A stretch of DNA of 64,000 nucleotides, taken from the IMG/VR virus record IMGVR_UViG_3300003937_000325. One strand, 5' to 3'. Each line of letters begins with the position of its first letter. Within the stretch, counting starts at the first letter, position 1. This stretch comes from a virus (lineage: Duplodnaviria > Caudoviricetes). The notes beneath the pieces were generated by a model. The model was not told the origin of the DNA. It was given only the letters and a program-made list of their open reading frames with translations, and did not search any database. Positions 54,095 to 64,000 of the stretch are shown one piece after another. A program made the position numbers and the translations under genes.

Positions 54095-57000
54095 TTAGTT
54101 TCTATTCCAAGCGTTTATTTTAGATTTAAAAACCGCCTCAGCTTTATCAAAAAGTTGTTTTGATACGCTATTCGCATTTAAATCATGATTAACTGACGCA
54201 ATAATCGAATCATCGATATTACTACCCGCAGTCAATTCTTTATCCATAGTAGTAAATCTAAAGGTATAATACCATAAGTATGCAAATGTTTTAGGTAAAT
54301 TACCATTTATTGTTGTATTAACTAAAAATGCGTCAATTATTTGTTCATACTGTGAACATACTTGACCCATAAATTTAATTGAATCGGCTGGCGATTTAAA
54401 TGATAAGTATGGTACCGCATAATTATTATCATTTACACAGGTTTGTTCTTCAAAGTTAATTGTCCATCTAGCATTTTCTTTAAGGTTTTTTAAATTGAAG
54501 TGATTATTATTTATACTTACCACATTAGTATCTTTACCATTTTCAACATAACCAACCCCAAAAATAAATCGTTTTACATTCTCATTTAGATTACTACTTC
54601 CATCAATTAAAGTTTTAAATTTAGTCTGAGTAATACTTTTTCGTGTAATATCAACATAAGGTTTATTAATTTTTTGTACCGCAACACATTTTTGATTGTC
54701 AGCAATTTGTGTTTTTGCCCCACTCTTGGTTGAACTATTTTTTATATCTGTTGACCTAGTAACTGTGTCTGCAGTAGAACCCGCAAGTGTGGGTATTCTT
54801 CTAACTTCTGATAAATAGTTTTGTACAATTTCTCGGTTAACACTAGATATTAATCCATTAGGCATTTTTAGTGAGTATTTTGACATACGTACCCCCTCGA
54901 AACTCGTTTGAAAATCTCTAGTAGTGATATCATGAGTTACACTTGTTATTAAATAAGGACCATAAAACATTGGGACATACCTTAAATTAAAATACATTGT
55001 AGGTTGAATCATAACGTTACCCATAGACGTAACACTACAATTATAACTAGCCGCTTTATAAAAATTATATAAGCTAACCGATTGTTGAGCCACTTTTTGC
55101 CCATCGGCCTGAGCGCCCATATCCGCGAGTACTTGAAACGTTGGTGCTATATTTTTTCTTTGAGACATATCAATATTTATTGATTTAAATATACTTTGAT
55201 TTTGTATCCCAAAGTCCACGTTAAACGCAACAACTTTATTTCTATCTGAGAAATTAGTGACACCATCTTCGGTTGCTCTAACCCCACTTTGTGATGGTAT
55301 TGATATATCAAAAGAGTCGTCCCCGTATAAGTAATTATCGTTTTCAGGTGACGTGTTTAATTTTTCGGCGGGTTTACCAACATATATCGCCAATAATTTA
55401 GGTTCAGAGGTATGGGTATCTACTTCTAAAAATGTTCCAAAAGTATTATTAGCAACATCACTAAACGCGGGGTTAGGCATACCTTCTTTTACTCTTTCGT
55501 TTCTACCATAAAAATTTGCGTAAGATGGTGTGGGCATAAATATAAAATTATTTTTTTCTAAAATACTACCTATTAAGTCCAACACACTAGTTTGAGCTAA
55601 ATTACTTTTTAAAAACCCTCTTAATTGATTAATATTAATGATTACCTTATCACCAATAGGTCTATTCGCCTTATCCAAAAATAGAAATTGCTCAAACAAT
55701 GTTTTATTCTTAACATCTTGACCTGATATCCACCTATCATTAAAGTTTTTAAATGTTTCCCATAATTCAGTTTTTAAAGCACCTCCCTTATCGTCTAATT
55801 TAGAAATTCTTGATTGAGTATTGTTTACTTTAACTGACGGTAACGTTTTATTTAAATTAGTAAAAATTTGGTTTAACATGTCATTTTGAAATGTTACCTG
55901 GCCTGACATAAAATCATCAAATGTTTGTTGGAAATCACTCTTAGTTAAATTATTGTCATTCATTTTTTGTGTTGCAAAAACTTTAATAATTTGTGACAAA
56001 TCTCTAACATTTTCTTTAGTAAACTGAATATCCATAACAGGAAAAAAATCAGTAATAAAGGAACCATTATCACTATACATTAAGTCAAAGTCTTCATACA
56101 TGCCAACACGTAAATATAATTCGTCCCATACTTCAGGGAATGTTCCTTGGCTCGCAGCCAATGTAGTTGAGTTTGTCGCAGTTGGAACACTATTCTCTCT
56201 ATAATAACTAAAGTCAATTGGGTCTATTGGAACAATATTTTCAATGGATGAGAATGAATCAAACACTCGTCTATTAAATCTCCCTGGGTTACCTATTTTT
56301 AATATAATATCCCTTTCCTGTATTTGAGTTTTATTTAAATTGACAAATTGTTCCATTTGATTATCAGAAATACTCTTAACATCATTTATTGAATTATCTG
56401 TTAATTCAGGTTTATCAATAATGAGTAAACTTTTCATTACTTTTTCAATATTATAATTGTACTCAATATTAAATGCCCCTAAGTACTCGTCATCGTTAGG
56501 TGTGGATGGATTAAATACTATATCTTCATAGTCCTTATCTTTTTTACAAAAGTTTAAAAAGTGTTTTTCAAATTCATCTAACATCTCTTTAGAGAAAATT
56601 GCAAAAATTTCCTCAATAGATTTATATGGGTTATCATTATCTTTATTAATAATATTAAACGCATTTTGTTGAGTATCTCCCGTATCAATAACTTTAATAT
56701 ATTGATTTGTCTTGGGTTTTCTTACCCATTCATTATTATAATACCCGTAATTAGATGACGCCCACAATGACCTAACATTACCATTTTGAATCGATTTATT
56801 ATTAATATCTATACTTTGGGTTAAGTGATTTTGTGAGTTTAGACACTCTCTTTGGGCTTGTGTAAATTTTAAATAACCTGAAGATGGTATTATTAACATC
56901 TTTGGTGAAGTAGTATTTTCACCTGAAACTGTAAAATTAAAATCAAAACTAACGTTACCCTCAATATCAAAGTACTGATAGTAACTATCATAACTTAAAG

Positions 57001-60000
57001 TATTAAGTACGTTATCTTGGTCATATCCCGCAGGTAAAAAATTACTTTGTGATTTACCTAATTTGAATTTACCATTATTAAATAAGTCATTCATTTCAGT
57101 GTTGGTGTACCCCGTTAAAGGTGATTTACCAGTAAAGAATTTGTAAGTGTCATTTACCACTTTAGGATAAAATCCATTTTTAGTAATTTGTTTGTTAAAA
57201 TTAACAAGTGTACCTGGAAGTGTTGGATTTATTATATTAGGTATTAGTACAGGAACTATTTCGGTCTTTTGAGGCACATAAGTCGTACTTCCTCCCGTAT
57301 AGTTTTGTACATCATAAACTTTATTTATATCGTTAGTAATTGGGTCATACGCGTTAACATAATCAAAATCTTTCCATATCCCATCAAGAATATCTCCATT
57401 ACCTACTTTATCTTCTTTGTATCTATGCCATATTGAACCGTACTTTAATAACCAAAGGTAAGGTATTTTATGGAGAGCTGCAAACTTACTTAAACCAGCA
57501 TAAATGTTATCTCCCCATTTTACAGTATCAACACCAGCATCGCTAGTGTTTTTTGTTAAATATTTCTCACTTAATGTTGGTAGTGGCAGTGAATTCAAAT
57601 ATATATAACCTAAACCAACATATGGATTTACCTCTTGATTTGTTTCACCCGATACCCCCTTCAATATTGCATTAGTAAAATAAGGAGTATTCAATAGAGA
57701 CGTTGTCTGTATTGTTGTTAAATTGTTTGTTGCAGTATTATAATCAGTCCCATAATCTATTGGGCTTTCCGTTAAATAAAAATCTTTATTTTCTCTATTT
57801 AAATAGTAATCCTTAACCTGAGCATTTGTTTGATACTGCGTACTATCACTATTATTACTAGTATTTTGATTTGGATTTGACGGGTAGTTTTTATCATATT
57901 GGTAATAAGTGATAAAATTATTTTTATATCTTACATCATCAGATGATTGGTCATCAAACGTCGCTATACTCTTTTTAAGAATATTAAAATTCATAACACC
58001 AGTAGTACTATTAGTTCTTTCAATATTTGATATATCTTTACCGTTAGAAATATTTTCTTTTAACCATTTAAGATTATTAAATGGATACACATCCATTAAC
58101 GTAGTAGCGTTTGATGACGTTCCCGTAATATAAGTTTCTAAATCTTTTACTGACTCTGTTGATGATATAACCTCAACCGAATTTGTATTCATACTTTCTT
58201 GACTGTAGATACCAAAATCGTGTTCAATATAACCTTTTATATAATTTTGAGTATATATGTCTCTCACCTTTCTGGCAAAATAACTACCTTCACCATTATT
58301 GGAAATTGATAAAAGGTATCGATTAAAAGTTGACGCATTAAATTTAAATTCCTTTAATATTTTCATTAATTCAGGAATGTTATCTACACCATCTTTTATG
58401 TTAGATGATTCAAAATCCGCCAATACGTTATATAACGTTTTTCTAAAATTATTATTTCTAACTACTTTACTATAGTTAGCTCCTAAGTAGGTTCTTTCAA
58501 ATATTTCATAGAAAAATGAAACATATTCTTCATTGGTATATGGCGAATTATCGAACGGGAACTCCACTGAATTTATTCCAATATAGTTAGTGACTTGGGT
58601 TTCATTACCATAATTTATATTAATATTAGGTTTGTCTTTTTCTAAAGACGCAGTAATATATTCCTCAGTAAATTGTATTTCAGGCCAAACATTATGGTTC
58701 CATCCCTGTAACGTAGTAACCACTGCGGGGTCACCCGGATAAGTTAGAGTATATTCAGTTTTGTTATCAACCGTCTCTTCAATAAAATATTGTGGCCACG
58801 GATAAACTATTTGACTATTTTGTAAAGTAGGTGATTTACCATCAACTTTCACAGTCTTTAATGAAGCTTTAGACGCATCAACACCAAAAGATTTTTCAGA
58901 TGGCATAATTGCGGTTAACCTTACCGGATTGTCTCTAACATCCCACGCCCTTCTATGAGTCTCATCCATTAATCTATAAAATGCCTCGGCGTTTGCACAT
59001 ATAACCGCTAATACATTATTCATAGTTGGATTAAATCCTAATCCCACATCTGAACTTACAATTTTTTTAGCTAATGCCTCAGATAATTTTGTTTCAATCT
59101 CTTCCTTTAATCTTTTAAATGTAGTCTCAATTTTAGCTAATTTAGCCAGAAAACTACCATTTTGAAAGTTAGCACTTTTAAAAACTCCACCAAAAGCGAT
59201 AAGTACTGAAGGGCTATCAGTTTCCTGTAATTCACCATCCTTTCCAACTTTATAACTTTTGGACGAAACTTTAAACGCCCCTTTAATGTCCCCTTCAAAC
59301 GTTTTTAATTGGTCTTCTGTTGGTTCATTACCATTACGTTTAATGTATGTTGCTTTATAATCTATTACCTCTGGGTCCGTAATATCTTCTATTAAGTCAC
59401 TAGCTTTAATGTTAACCGCAATTTTTGAAGGATTTGATTTACCTTCTATCTCATAAGTACCAGGAAGAAAAAACGTTGGGTTATCTTGTAATGATTTATT
59501 ACCTTCGTCAATCGCAATTTTTAATTTTGATATTGCGGTTCTACGTCCTTGTTCATCAAGGTCAGGATTTAATCCGTACAACACGGTAGCTTTAGTATCT
59601 TTTAAAATATAGATTTGATTCCTGTCAATATACTGATTATACCAATTTTTACCAACATCAGGATAAAGACTTCTTCTATATTTCGTAATGGCTCTCTCAT
59701 AATTAACAATATTAGTTAAAACTGACATATCTTCTTTAGAATACGCCTCCATAACATAACGATTAAAGTACTCTAACCTCATTCTCATTTGATTAAGAGT
59801 AATTTCAGGAAAATCTTCATCAACTAAACCTTTAGCCTTATATAAAGAATACACTTCTTTTATTTTTTCCATTCCTTTAGTGGTATCAATCTTATCAATT
59901 GCAACTGTTCCTCCCGCAGGTACCCCCTTGACGTTTTCAAGTTCATAACTTTTTGGGTACATATGTGGTGTAGTGTATAGATAATCTAATAACGTATCTT

Positions 60001-60712
60001 TTAGAAAGGCGTGTGACCTAGCAACATATGAGGTCGTTATTTTGTAACTACCGTCTGAAGGTTCAAATCTGGCGTTAAAATCTTTTAACATTAACTCTAA
60101 CTTAATCGCTTTACCATAATGACCTTTTACCGTTAAAATAAAAATTGGGTATGGTAAATTCATGAATATCGAATACGGCGACTTATCACCCCTTTCAAAT
60201 AAAACTCTTCCCTGTACATCGGTCATTTCAATAGTAACCGTAGGGACAAATGCAGGATTCATTTTTATGTTAATTCTGGTAATACCTAATAATTGTGTAT
60301 CAACACCTCTTCCCGAACTAAAAATGTCATTTTCCATTTTATTATTTTGTCCAGGTAAAAATTGGTCAGTCCATGTAGAATCAAAATATTTTGGGTCTTC
60401 AGAGTCTTTACCCCCTAAGTTAACGTTGGGTTCTTTTTGATTTTGTGGATTACCCTCCATAAAGTTAACCTTTAATTGAGCTACCCCCACATTTTTAACA
60501 CTATCCGAGTAATTAGACCCAATGGCTAATTTTGTTCTTGGTATTACTCTTGCTTCTAAGTTTGCGTAGGTTATTAAATTTTCTTGTTTGATATTGCGTT
60601 CTTGAACAGTGCCGTCAGAGTTGACAACTTTGTTGGGGTCAATTAGTACAACATTATCATATTCGGTTTGTACATAGACCTTATCGTTACCAAAAAATTT
60701 ATTATCTGCCAT
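54095..60712 (-). CDS. Very large baseplate hub-like protein (2205 aa) with possible C-terminal GH73-like muramidase domain
   Basis: Baseplate context next to the LysM gene; C-terminal GVGYVENG...NNNHFNLK...YLSFKSPADSIKFM. Confidence 0.5.
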   Translation of the reverse strand: MADNKFFGNDKVYVQTEYDNVVLIDPNKVVNSDGTVQERNIKQENLITYANLEARVIPRTKLAIGSNYSDSVKNVGVAQLKVNFMEGNPQNQKEPNVNLGGKDSEDPKYFDSTWTDQFLPGQNNKMENDIFSSGRGVDTQLLGITRINIKMNPAFVPTVTIEMTDVQGRVLFERGDKSPYSIFMNLPYPIFILTVKGHYGKAIKLELMLKDFNARFEPSDGSYKITTSYVARSHAFLKDTLLDYLYTTPHMYPKSYELENVKGVPAGGTVAIDKIDTTKGMEKIKEVYSLYKAKGLVDEDFPEITLNQMRMRLEYFNRYVMEAYSKEDMSVLTNIVNYERAITKYRRSLYPDVGKNWYNQYIDRNQIYILKDTKATVLYGLNPDLDEQGRRTAISKLKIAIDEGNKSLQDNPTFFLPGTYEIEGKSNPSKIAVNIKASDLIEDITDPEVIDYKATYIKRNGNEPTEDQLKTFEGDIKGAFKVSSKSYKVGKDGELQETDSPSVLIAFGGVFKSANFQNGSFLAKLAKIETTFKRLKEEIETKLSEALAKKIVSSDVGLGFNPTMNNVLAVICANAEAFYRLMDETHRRAWDVRDNPVRLTAIMPSEKSFGVDASKASLKTVKVDGKSPTLQNSQIVYPWPQYFIEETVDNKTEYTLTYPGDPAVVTTLQGWNHNVWPEIQFTEEYITASLEKDKPNININYGNETQVTNYIGINSVEFPFDNSPYTNEEYVSFFYEIFERTYLGANYSKVVRNNNFRKTLYNVLADFESSNIKDGVDNIPELMKILKEFKFNASTFNRYLLSISNNGEGSYFARKVRDIYTQNYIKGYIEHDFGIYSQESMNTNSVEVISSTESVKDLETYITGTSSNATTLMDVYPFNNLKWLKENISNGKDISNIERTNSTTGVMNFNILKKSIATFDDQSSDDVRYKNNFITYYQYDKNYPSNPNQNTSNNSDSTQYQTNAQVKDYYLNRENKDFYLTESPIDYGTDYNTATNNLTTIQTTSLLNTPYFTNAILKGVSGETNQEVNPYVGLGYIYLNSLPLPTLSEKYLTKNTSDAGVDTVKWGDNIYAGLSKFAALHKIPYLWLLKYGSIWHRYKEDKVGNGDILDGIWKDFDYVNAYDPITNDINKVYDVQNYTGGSTTYVPQKTEIVPVLIPNIINPTLPGTLVNFNKQITKNGFYPKVVNDTYKFFTGKSPLTGYTNTEMNDLFNNGKFKLGKSQSNFLPAGYDQDNVLNTLSYDSYYQYFDIEGNVSFDFNFTVSGENTTSPKMLIIPSSGYLKFTQAQRECLNSQNHLTQSIDINNKSIQNGNVRSLWASSNYGYYNNEWVRKPKTNQYIKVIDTGDTQQNAFNIINKDNDNPYKSIEEIFAIFSKEMLDEFEKHFLNFCKKDKDYEDIVFNPSTPNDDEYLGAFNIEYNYNIEKVMKSLLIIDKPELTDNSINDVKSISDNQMEQFVNLNKTQIQERDIILKIGNPGRFNRRVFDSFSSIENIVPIDPIDFSYYRENSVPTATNSTTLAASQGTFPEVWDELYLRVGMYEDFDLMYSDNGSFITDFFPVMDIQFTKENVRDLSQIIKVFATQKMNDNNLTKSDFQQTFDDFMSGQVTFQNDMLNQIFTNLNKTLPSVKVNNTQSRISKLDDKGGALKTELWETFKNFNDRWISGQDVKNKTLFEQFLFLDKANRPIGDKVIININQLRGFLKSNLAQTSVLDLIGSILEKNNFIFMPTPSYANFYGRNERVKEGMPNPAFSDVANNTFGTFLEVDTHTSEPKLLAIYVGKPAEKLNTSPENDNYLYGDDSFDISIPSQSGVRATEDGVTNFSDRNKVVAFNVDFGIQNQSIFKSINIDMSQRKNIAPTFQVLADMGAQADGQKVAQQSVSLYNFYKAASYNCSVTSMGNVMIQPTMYFNLRYVPMFYGPYLITSVTHDITTRDFQTSFEGVRMSKYSLKMPNGLISSVNREIVQNYLSEVRRIPTLAGSTADTVTRSTDIKNSSTKSGAKTQIADNQKCVAVQKINKPYVDITRKSITQTKFKTLIDGSSNLNENVKRFIFGVGYVENGKDTNVVSINNNHFNLKNLKENARWTINFEEQTCVNDNNYAVPYLSFKSPADSIKFMGQVCSQYEQIIDAFLVNTTINGNLPKTFAYLWYYTFRFTTMDKELTAGSNIDDSIIASVNHDLNANSVSKQLFDKAEAVFKSKINAWNRN

Positions 60713-61019
60713 AGTAGAAGAAATGTTGTTCCACCGCCGCTTTGTAGTCCTGTAAAGAATTTGTTAGGGGAAATGGTATAAAAAGTAGAGCGTTATCAGG
60801 TATATTAGACTCCAAACCACCATACTGTGGATTCGCGGCTAATATTAACCAACCAAAATACGGTGATTCATAAAACTCATAACTTAGTTTATCTAACCTA
60901 CTACGACCAGTCCTAAAAATAAATCTTTTATCCGAAGGTTTTGAAGGTATTCTAACAAACGGAACCACTGATTGTTGTCCGTTAACTAAAAAGTCTGTAT
61001 ATCTGTTCCAATATCTCAT
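60702..61019 (-). CDS. LysM-like baseplate protein (gp53/gpX-like)
   Basis: RLDKLSYEFYESPYFGWLILAANP...LFIP. Confidence 0.75.
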   Translation of the reverse strand: MRYWNRYTDFLVNGQQSVVPFVRIPSKPSDKRFIFRTGRSRLDKLSYEFYESPYFGWLILAANPQYGGLESNIPDNALLFIPFPLTNSLQDYKAAVEQHFFYYGR

Positions 61020-61021
61020 AA

Positions 61022-64000
61022 TTAATTAAATGTTACTTTTCCGTTGTATGATTCTGCAGTACCTTTATTTAATCCAGAATACAGTTCGTTAAAGTACCCA
61101 TCTCTAACTGAATTTATGTTCTCTTTAGGTACGTTTATATAATAAAATATTCTTTCTTTTTCTTTAGTAAATGGTGAATAGTCGTTAAACTTCCTAACTG
61201 AACTACGTTTACTAAATCTGTCTAACTCTCTTTCAGTTTTTCTTTGTACTTTTTCATAGTTCCTTTGTAAGTCATCAACAAGATTATTAACGTATCTATC
61301 CCATTTATTGATGTTACCTAACCTATCATTCAATAGTTTTAATATAACCGTGTCTTTATCGTTTAATATTTTTTGATACATAGCATTCATAAAACGAGAG
61401 TAATATTGACCCTCATCTTGGTATTCAATCGAAAATGAGTAATCAGGTTTAAATGGTTTTTCGACTAATTTTTTATTATCGTCAAATATTTGGTCATAAA
61501 ACTCCTTTAAGTCAGTACTTAAAGTCACCATATCATTTTCCATTTCTTCGTATGTGTTATTTGCGTTTTTAGAAGTTTTATCAACACTATCGGTTGCCTC
61601 TAATTCTTGTTGTACATTTCTAGCCTTATCCGCAAACCCATCTGTATTAGTCATTACAAAACTTATTTTATCTATGGTTTCGATTAGACTTAATTGGTTA
61701 TTCACAACTTTTGGCATAACACTCATATAATCTGATATGTAATTTGGTTTAACTTCATTAATCAAAGTGATTATATTAAACTTATATAAATCTATATCGG
61801 CATTTGTAAAATTCTTATTATGTATCTTTTTAAGTAATGGTGAATTATCATTATTCACGTCATCAATTATTTCATCAAAAAGATTATTTATTTTATTTTG
61901 TAACTCGTCCTCTTTTGGTTTACCAAATAGTTTGGTATCTGTAGTTGTACCTGTAAATCCATCAGTATAATAACCTAACGTTTTACCGTCAGTATAATTT
62001 CTTTCGTCCGTAAAGTAAGCTAAACCATCTATTGAGTAAGTATTTGCTACTTGAGTCAGTGATTCGGTAATTGAGTTTGCATAATTTTTAACGTCCTCAA
62101 CCGCAGTTGCCATTATTGTTTTAAAAGAGGTTTGACCACTAGTCGTAGTCGCGGTAGTTGTAGGATAAGTGGTTAATTCGTCACTTTTAATAGTACCAAT
62201 TGTAACACCTTTATTTGGTATGTTATCATTAGTTGGTATATTATCTTTACCATCAAAGACTACATTACTTTCTATAGATTCCCATATCTCTTGATTTAAC
62301 TCGTCCCTTTGTTCTGTAACTACAGACCTTTCATCATAAACCTCTGTATTGGCATAATAATTAAATGAAAGTGCGTTTTGTAATCTATTTACGGGTTCTT
62401 TCAATCCTTGACCACCTATAAAGAAAAATGACATATTAATATCCGCTAACATTGGTTGAACACCTATTCCCTCAGGATTTAAATCAAAAGTTAATGGTTC
62501 ATAACTGATAGATATTTGATTAATGGCAATTTTAGTATGATAGAAATCACCAATTCTTAATATACATATTGGTGGCGCCCCAAATGATGTATTCTTCGCA
62601 TTAAACTCAGTTGGTCTACCATCATCACCTATTACGGGTATAGTATCACCAGGTCTAATACATTGTTGTAAAAAAGTAAGTCTTGAATTTAAACCTTCAG
62701 GTGTTATAGAGTGAAATGCTGGTTGGAAGTACTTTATTTTTTCCTTTATACCACTATAAACCATCGGCGAACTTTCCTTTACTAAATTAAAGTAATCACA
62801 CTCAGTCAATAATTTTCTAACTATTATCTTCGCTACCTCTTGTTTTTGTTTTGCGGTTGTTGTTGGGTCTTTATATTTAATTGGTTCCTCAGTAACAGTT
62901 TCCGTTACAGTATCTTTTGTGGGTACCGTCTTTTCTTCATCAGTTACCGGAACCTCTTCTTGAGATGGTGTTTCAACAACACTGTTAAAAAATACTCTTC
63001 TACAACCCATCGCCTGTGGTGAATATACCTTATCTGCTTCAGGTAATTCTTGTGTACAATCGACACCACCAATAGTCACCTGCTCTCCTGACGCAACCTC
63101 TTTAATTATAAATTTACCATCATCTTTCCACTGTTGTAACGTTTTTTGACTATTTGAAGGTTTTAATGGTAATAAATATTGTATAACACTATCGATTCTT
63201 CTTTTTGATAATGATTTATTATAGTTAACATCATTAGGTGACGATGCCGAACCTTGTAATAAGACTTCAACTGTAGAGCCGGCGTTTAACGCCTCTCCAA
63301 CTCCTTCAATAAATAATAAAGTACTATGTAACGGTCCCTTTTCAGGTCCTGTTAAAATATTTTTTTCATAGAACTCCTTAACCCCCACTTTATTTTCTGT
63401 ACTCGCGTATGTATTATAATCAGTCTGTTTAGCAATATAATTAGTTAATGTTGTTTGGTAAGACTCATCAGAGGTGGTTGATGTAGCGTTTGTTGGCCCA
63501 GGAACATCATTATCAAAATAATAAGCAAAACTGTAAGTATCCTCCTTTATTTTATCAACATACTCAACAACTGCGGGGTCCTCATCTCCAGGTACGCCAG
63601 GATTTATAAAATCAAAATGTTCCTTAACGTCTTCAGGTACGGGTGAGTTAACAATTATCTCGTAGATATCATTATAAGTAAATTGAGGATATCTTAAGGC
63701 TAATTCATATATGTCGTATTTTCTACAACCAGCAAAAAATGAATCCACAATACCTGTAACTTTATTGTTATTACTCTGATTCGCCAATTCTTTATCTACT
63801 ATAGCATTTAGTATTGATGGGTGGTCAACCACAATCTTCCAACTTAAATTACCATTTCTTGTTGTATTATTATATGTGTAAATTGGTTCAGGTCGACCTA
63901 AGAACTCATTTGTATTCCAATTCGCTGAGTTTGTTTCACTTACTTTCATATCGTAAGGTGGAAACCACATTATCCTACCACCATTAGGTCCTCTCTCACA
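61022..64000 (-). CDS. 5'-truncated large baseplate/tail-tube-initiator-like protein with OmpA-like domain
   Basis: The frame is open to the window end (CERGPNGGRIMWFPPYD...); FLGRPEPIYTY; GSASSPNDVNYNKSLSKRRIDSVIQYL. Confidence 0.55.
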   Translation of the reverse strand, partial: CERGPNGGRIMWFPPYDMKVSETNSANWNTNEFLGRPEPIYTYNNTTRNGNLSWKIVVDHPSILNAIVDKELANQSNNNKVTGIVDSFFAGCRKYDIYELALRYPQFTYNDIYEIIVNSPVPEDVKEHFDFINPGVPGDEDPAVVEYVDKIKEDTYSFAYYFDNDVPGPTNATSTTSDESYQTTLTNYIAKQTDYNTYASTENKVGVKEFYEKNILTGPEKGPLHSTLLFIEGVGEALNAGSTVEVLLQGSASSPNDVNYNKSLSKRRIDSVIQYLLPLKPSNSQKTLQQWKDDGKFIIKEVASGEQVTIGGVDCTQELPEADKVYSPQAMGCRRVFFNSVVETPSQEEVPVTDEEKTVPTKDTVTETVTEEPIKYKDPTTTAKQKQEVAKIIVRKLLTECDYFNLVKESSPMVYSGIKEKIKYFQPAFHSITPEGLNSRLTFLQQCIRPGDTIPVIGDDGRPTEFNAKNTSFGAPPICILRIGDFYHTKIAINQISISYEPLTFDLNPEGIGVQPMLADINMSFFFIGGQGLKEPVNRLQNALSFNYYANTEVYDERSVVTEQRDELNQEIWESIESNVVFDGKDNIPTNDNIPNKGVTIGTIKSDELTTYPTTTATTTSGQTSFKTIMATAVEDVKNYANSITESLTQVANTYSIDGLAYFTDERNYTDGKTLGYYTDGFTGTTTDTKLFGKPKEDELQNKINNLFDEIIDDVNNDNSPLLKKIHNKNFTNADIDLYKFNIITLINEVKPNYISDYMSVMPKVVNNQLSLIETIDKISFVMTNTDGFADKARNVQQELEATDSVDKTSKNANNTYEEMENDMVTLSTDLKEFYDQIFDDNKKLVEKPFKPDYSFSIEYQDEGQYYSRFMNAMYQKILNDKDTVILKLLNDRLGNINKWDRYVNNLVDDLQRNYEKVQRKTERELDRFSKRSSVRKFNDYSPFTKEKERIFYYINVPKENINSVRDGYFNELYSGLNKGTAESYNGKVTFN

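Noticed and set aside
1-64000. Stop-codon reassignment as in some jumbo phages
   Set aside because: Standard code 11 gives dense, full-length ORFs, and TAG ends genes at sensible positions (e.g. 13591, 15169).
1-64000. Eukaryotic or giant-virus origin suggested by the mucin-like proteins and GT60-like enzyme
   Set aside because: gp25/gp6-like baseplate genes, gp32-like SSB, overlapping operons and intrinsic terminators indicate a tailed bacteriophage.
1-64000. tRNA, rRNA or mobile elements
   Set aside because: No cloverleaf, rRNA, transposase or integrase signatures were recognised, and intergenic gaps are very short.

Overview
This AT-rich 64 kb window looks like part of a large T4-like (myovirus) phage genome. 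Nearly all genes are on the minus strand, and both ends cut through genes. The host is probably Bacteroidota: starts are A-rich without Shine-Dalgarno sites, several proteins carry SprB-like repeats or Flavobacterial surface-protein modules, and the RNR is a class Id type with an ATP-cone on the beta subunit. Layout from left to right: (1) giant Thr/Pro-repeat (mucin-like), Cys-module and SprB-repeat putative virion proteins; (2) a four-gene glycan-modification cluster (HtrL-like/GT-A fusion, SAM methyltransferase, GT-B-like protein, GT60-like polypeptide GlcNAc-transferase); (3) paralogous fibre-like genes; (4) more mucin-like and baseplate/tail genes (gp6/J-like, gp25-like); (5) a replication block (nrdA, nrdB, DnaB-like helicase, 5'-3' exonuclease, RecA/UvsX, gp32-like SSB); (6) baseplate hub, LysM and OmpA-like genes. 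The main hypothesis is a phage-encoded mucin-type O-glycosylation system, with a GT60-like initiating enzyme sitting among genes for its likely Thr/Pro-rich virion substrates. The largest substrate also carries an N-terminal cleavage-only Hint domain. All family assignments come from motif recognition by eye; no database searches were run.
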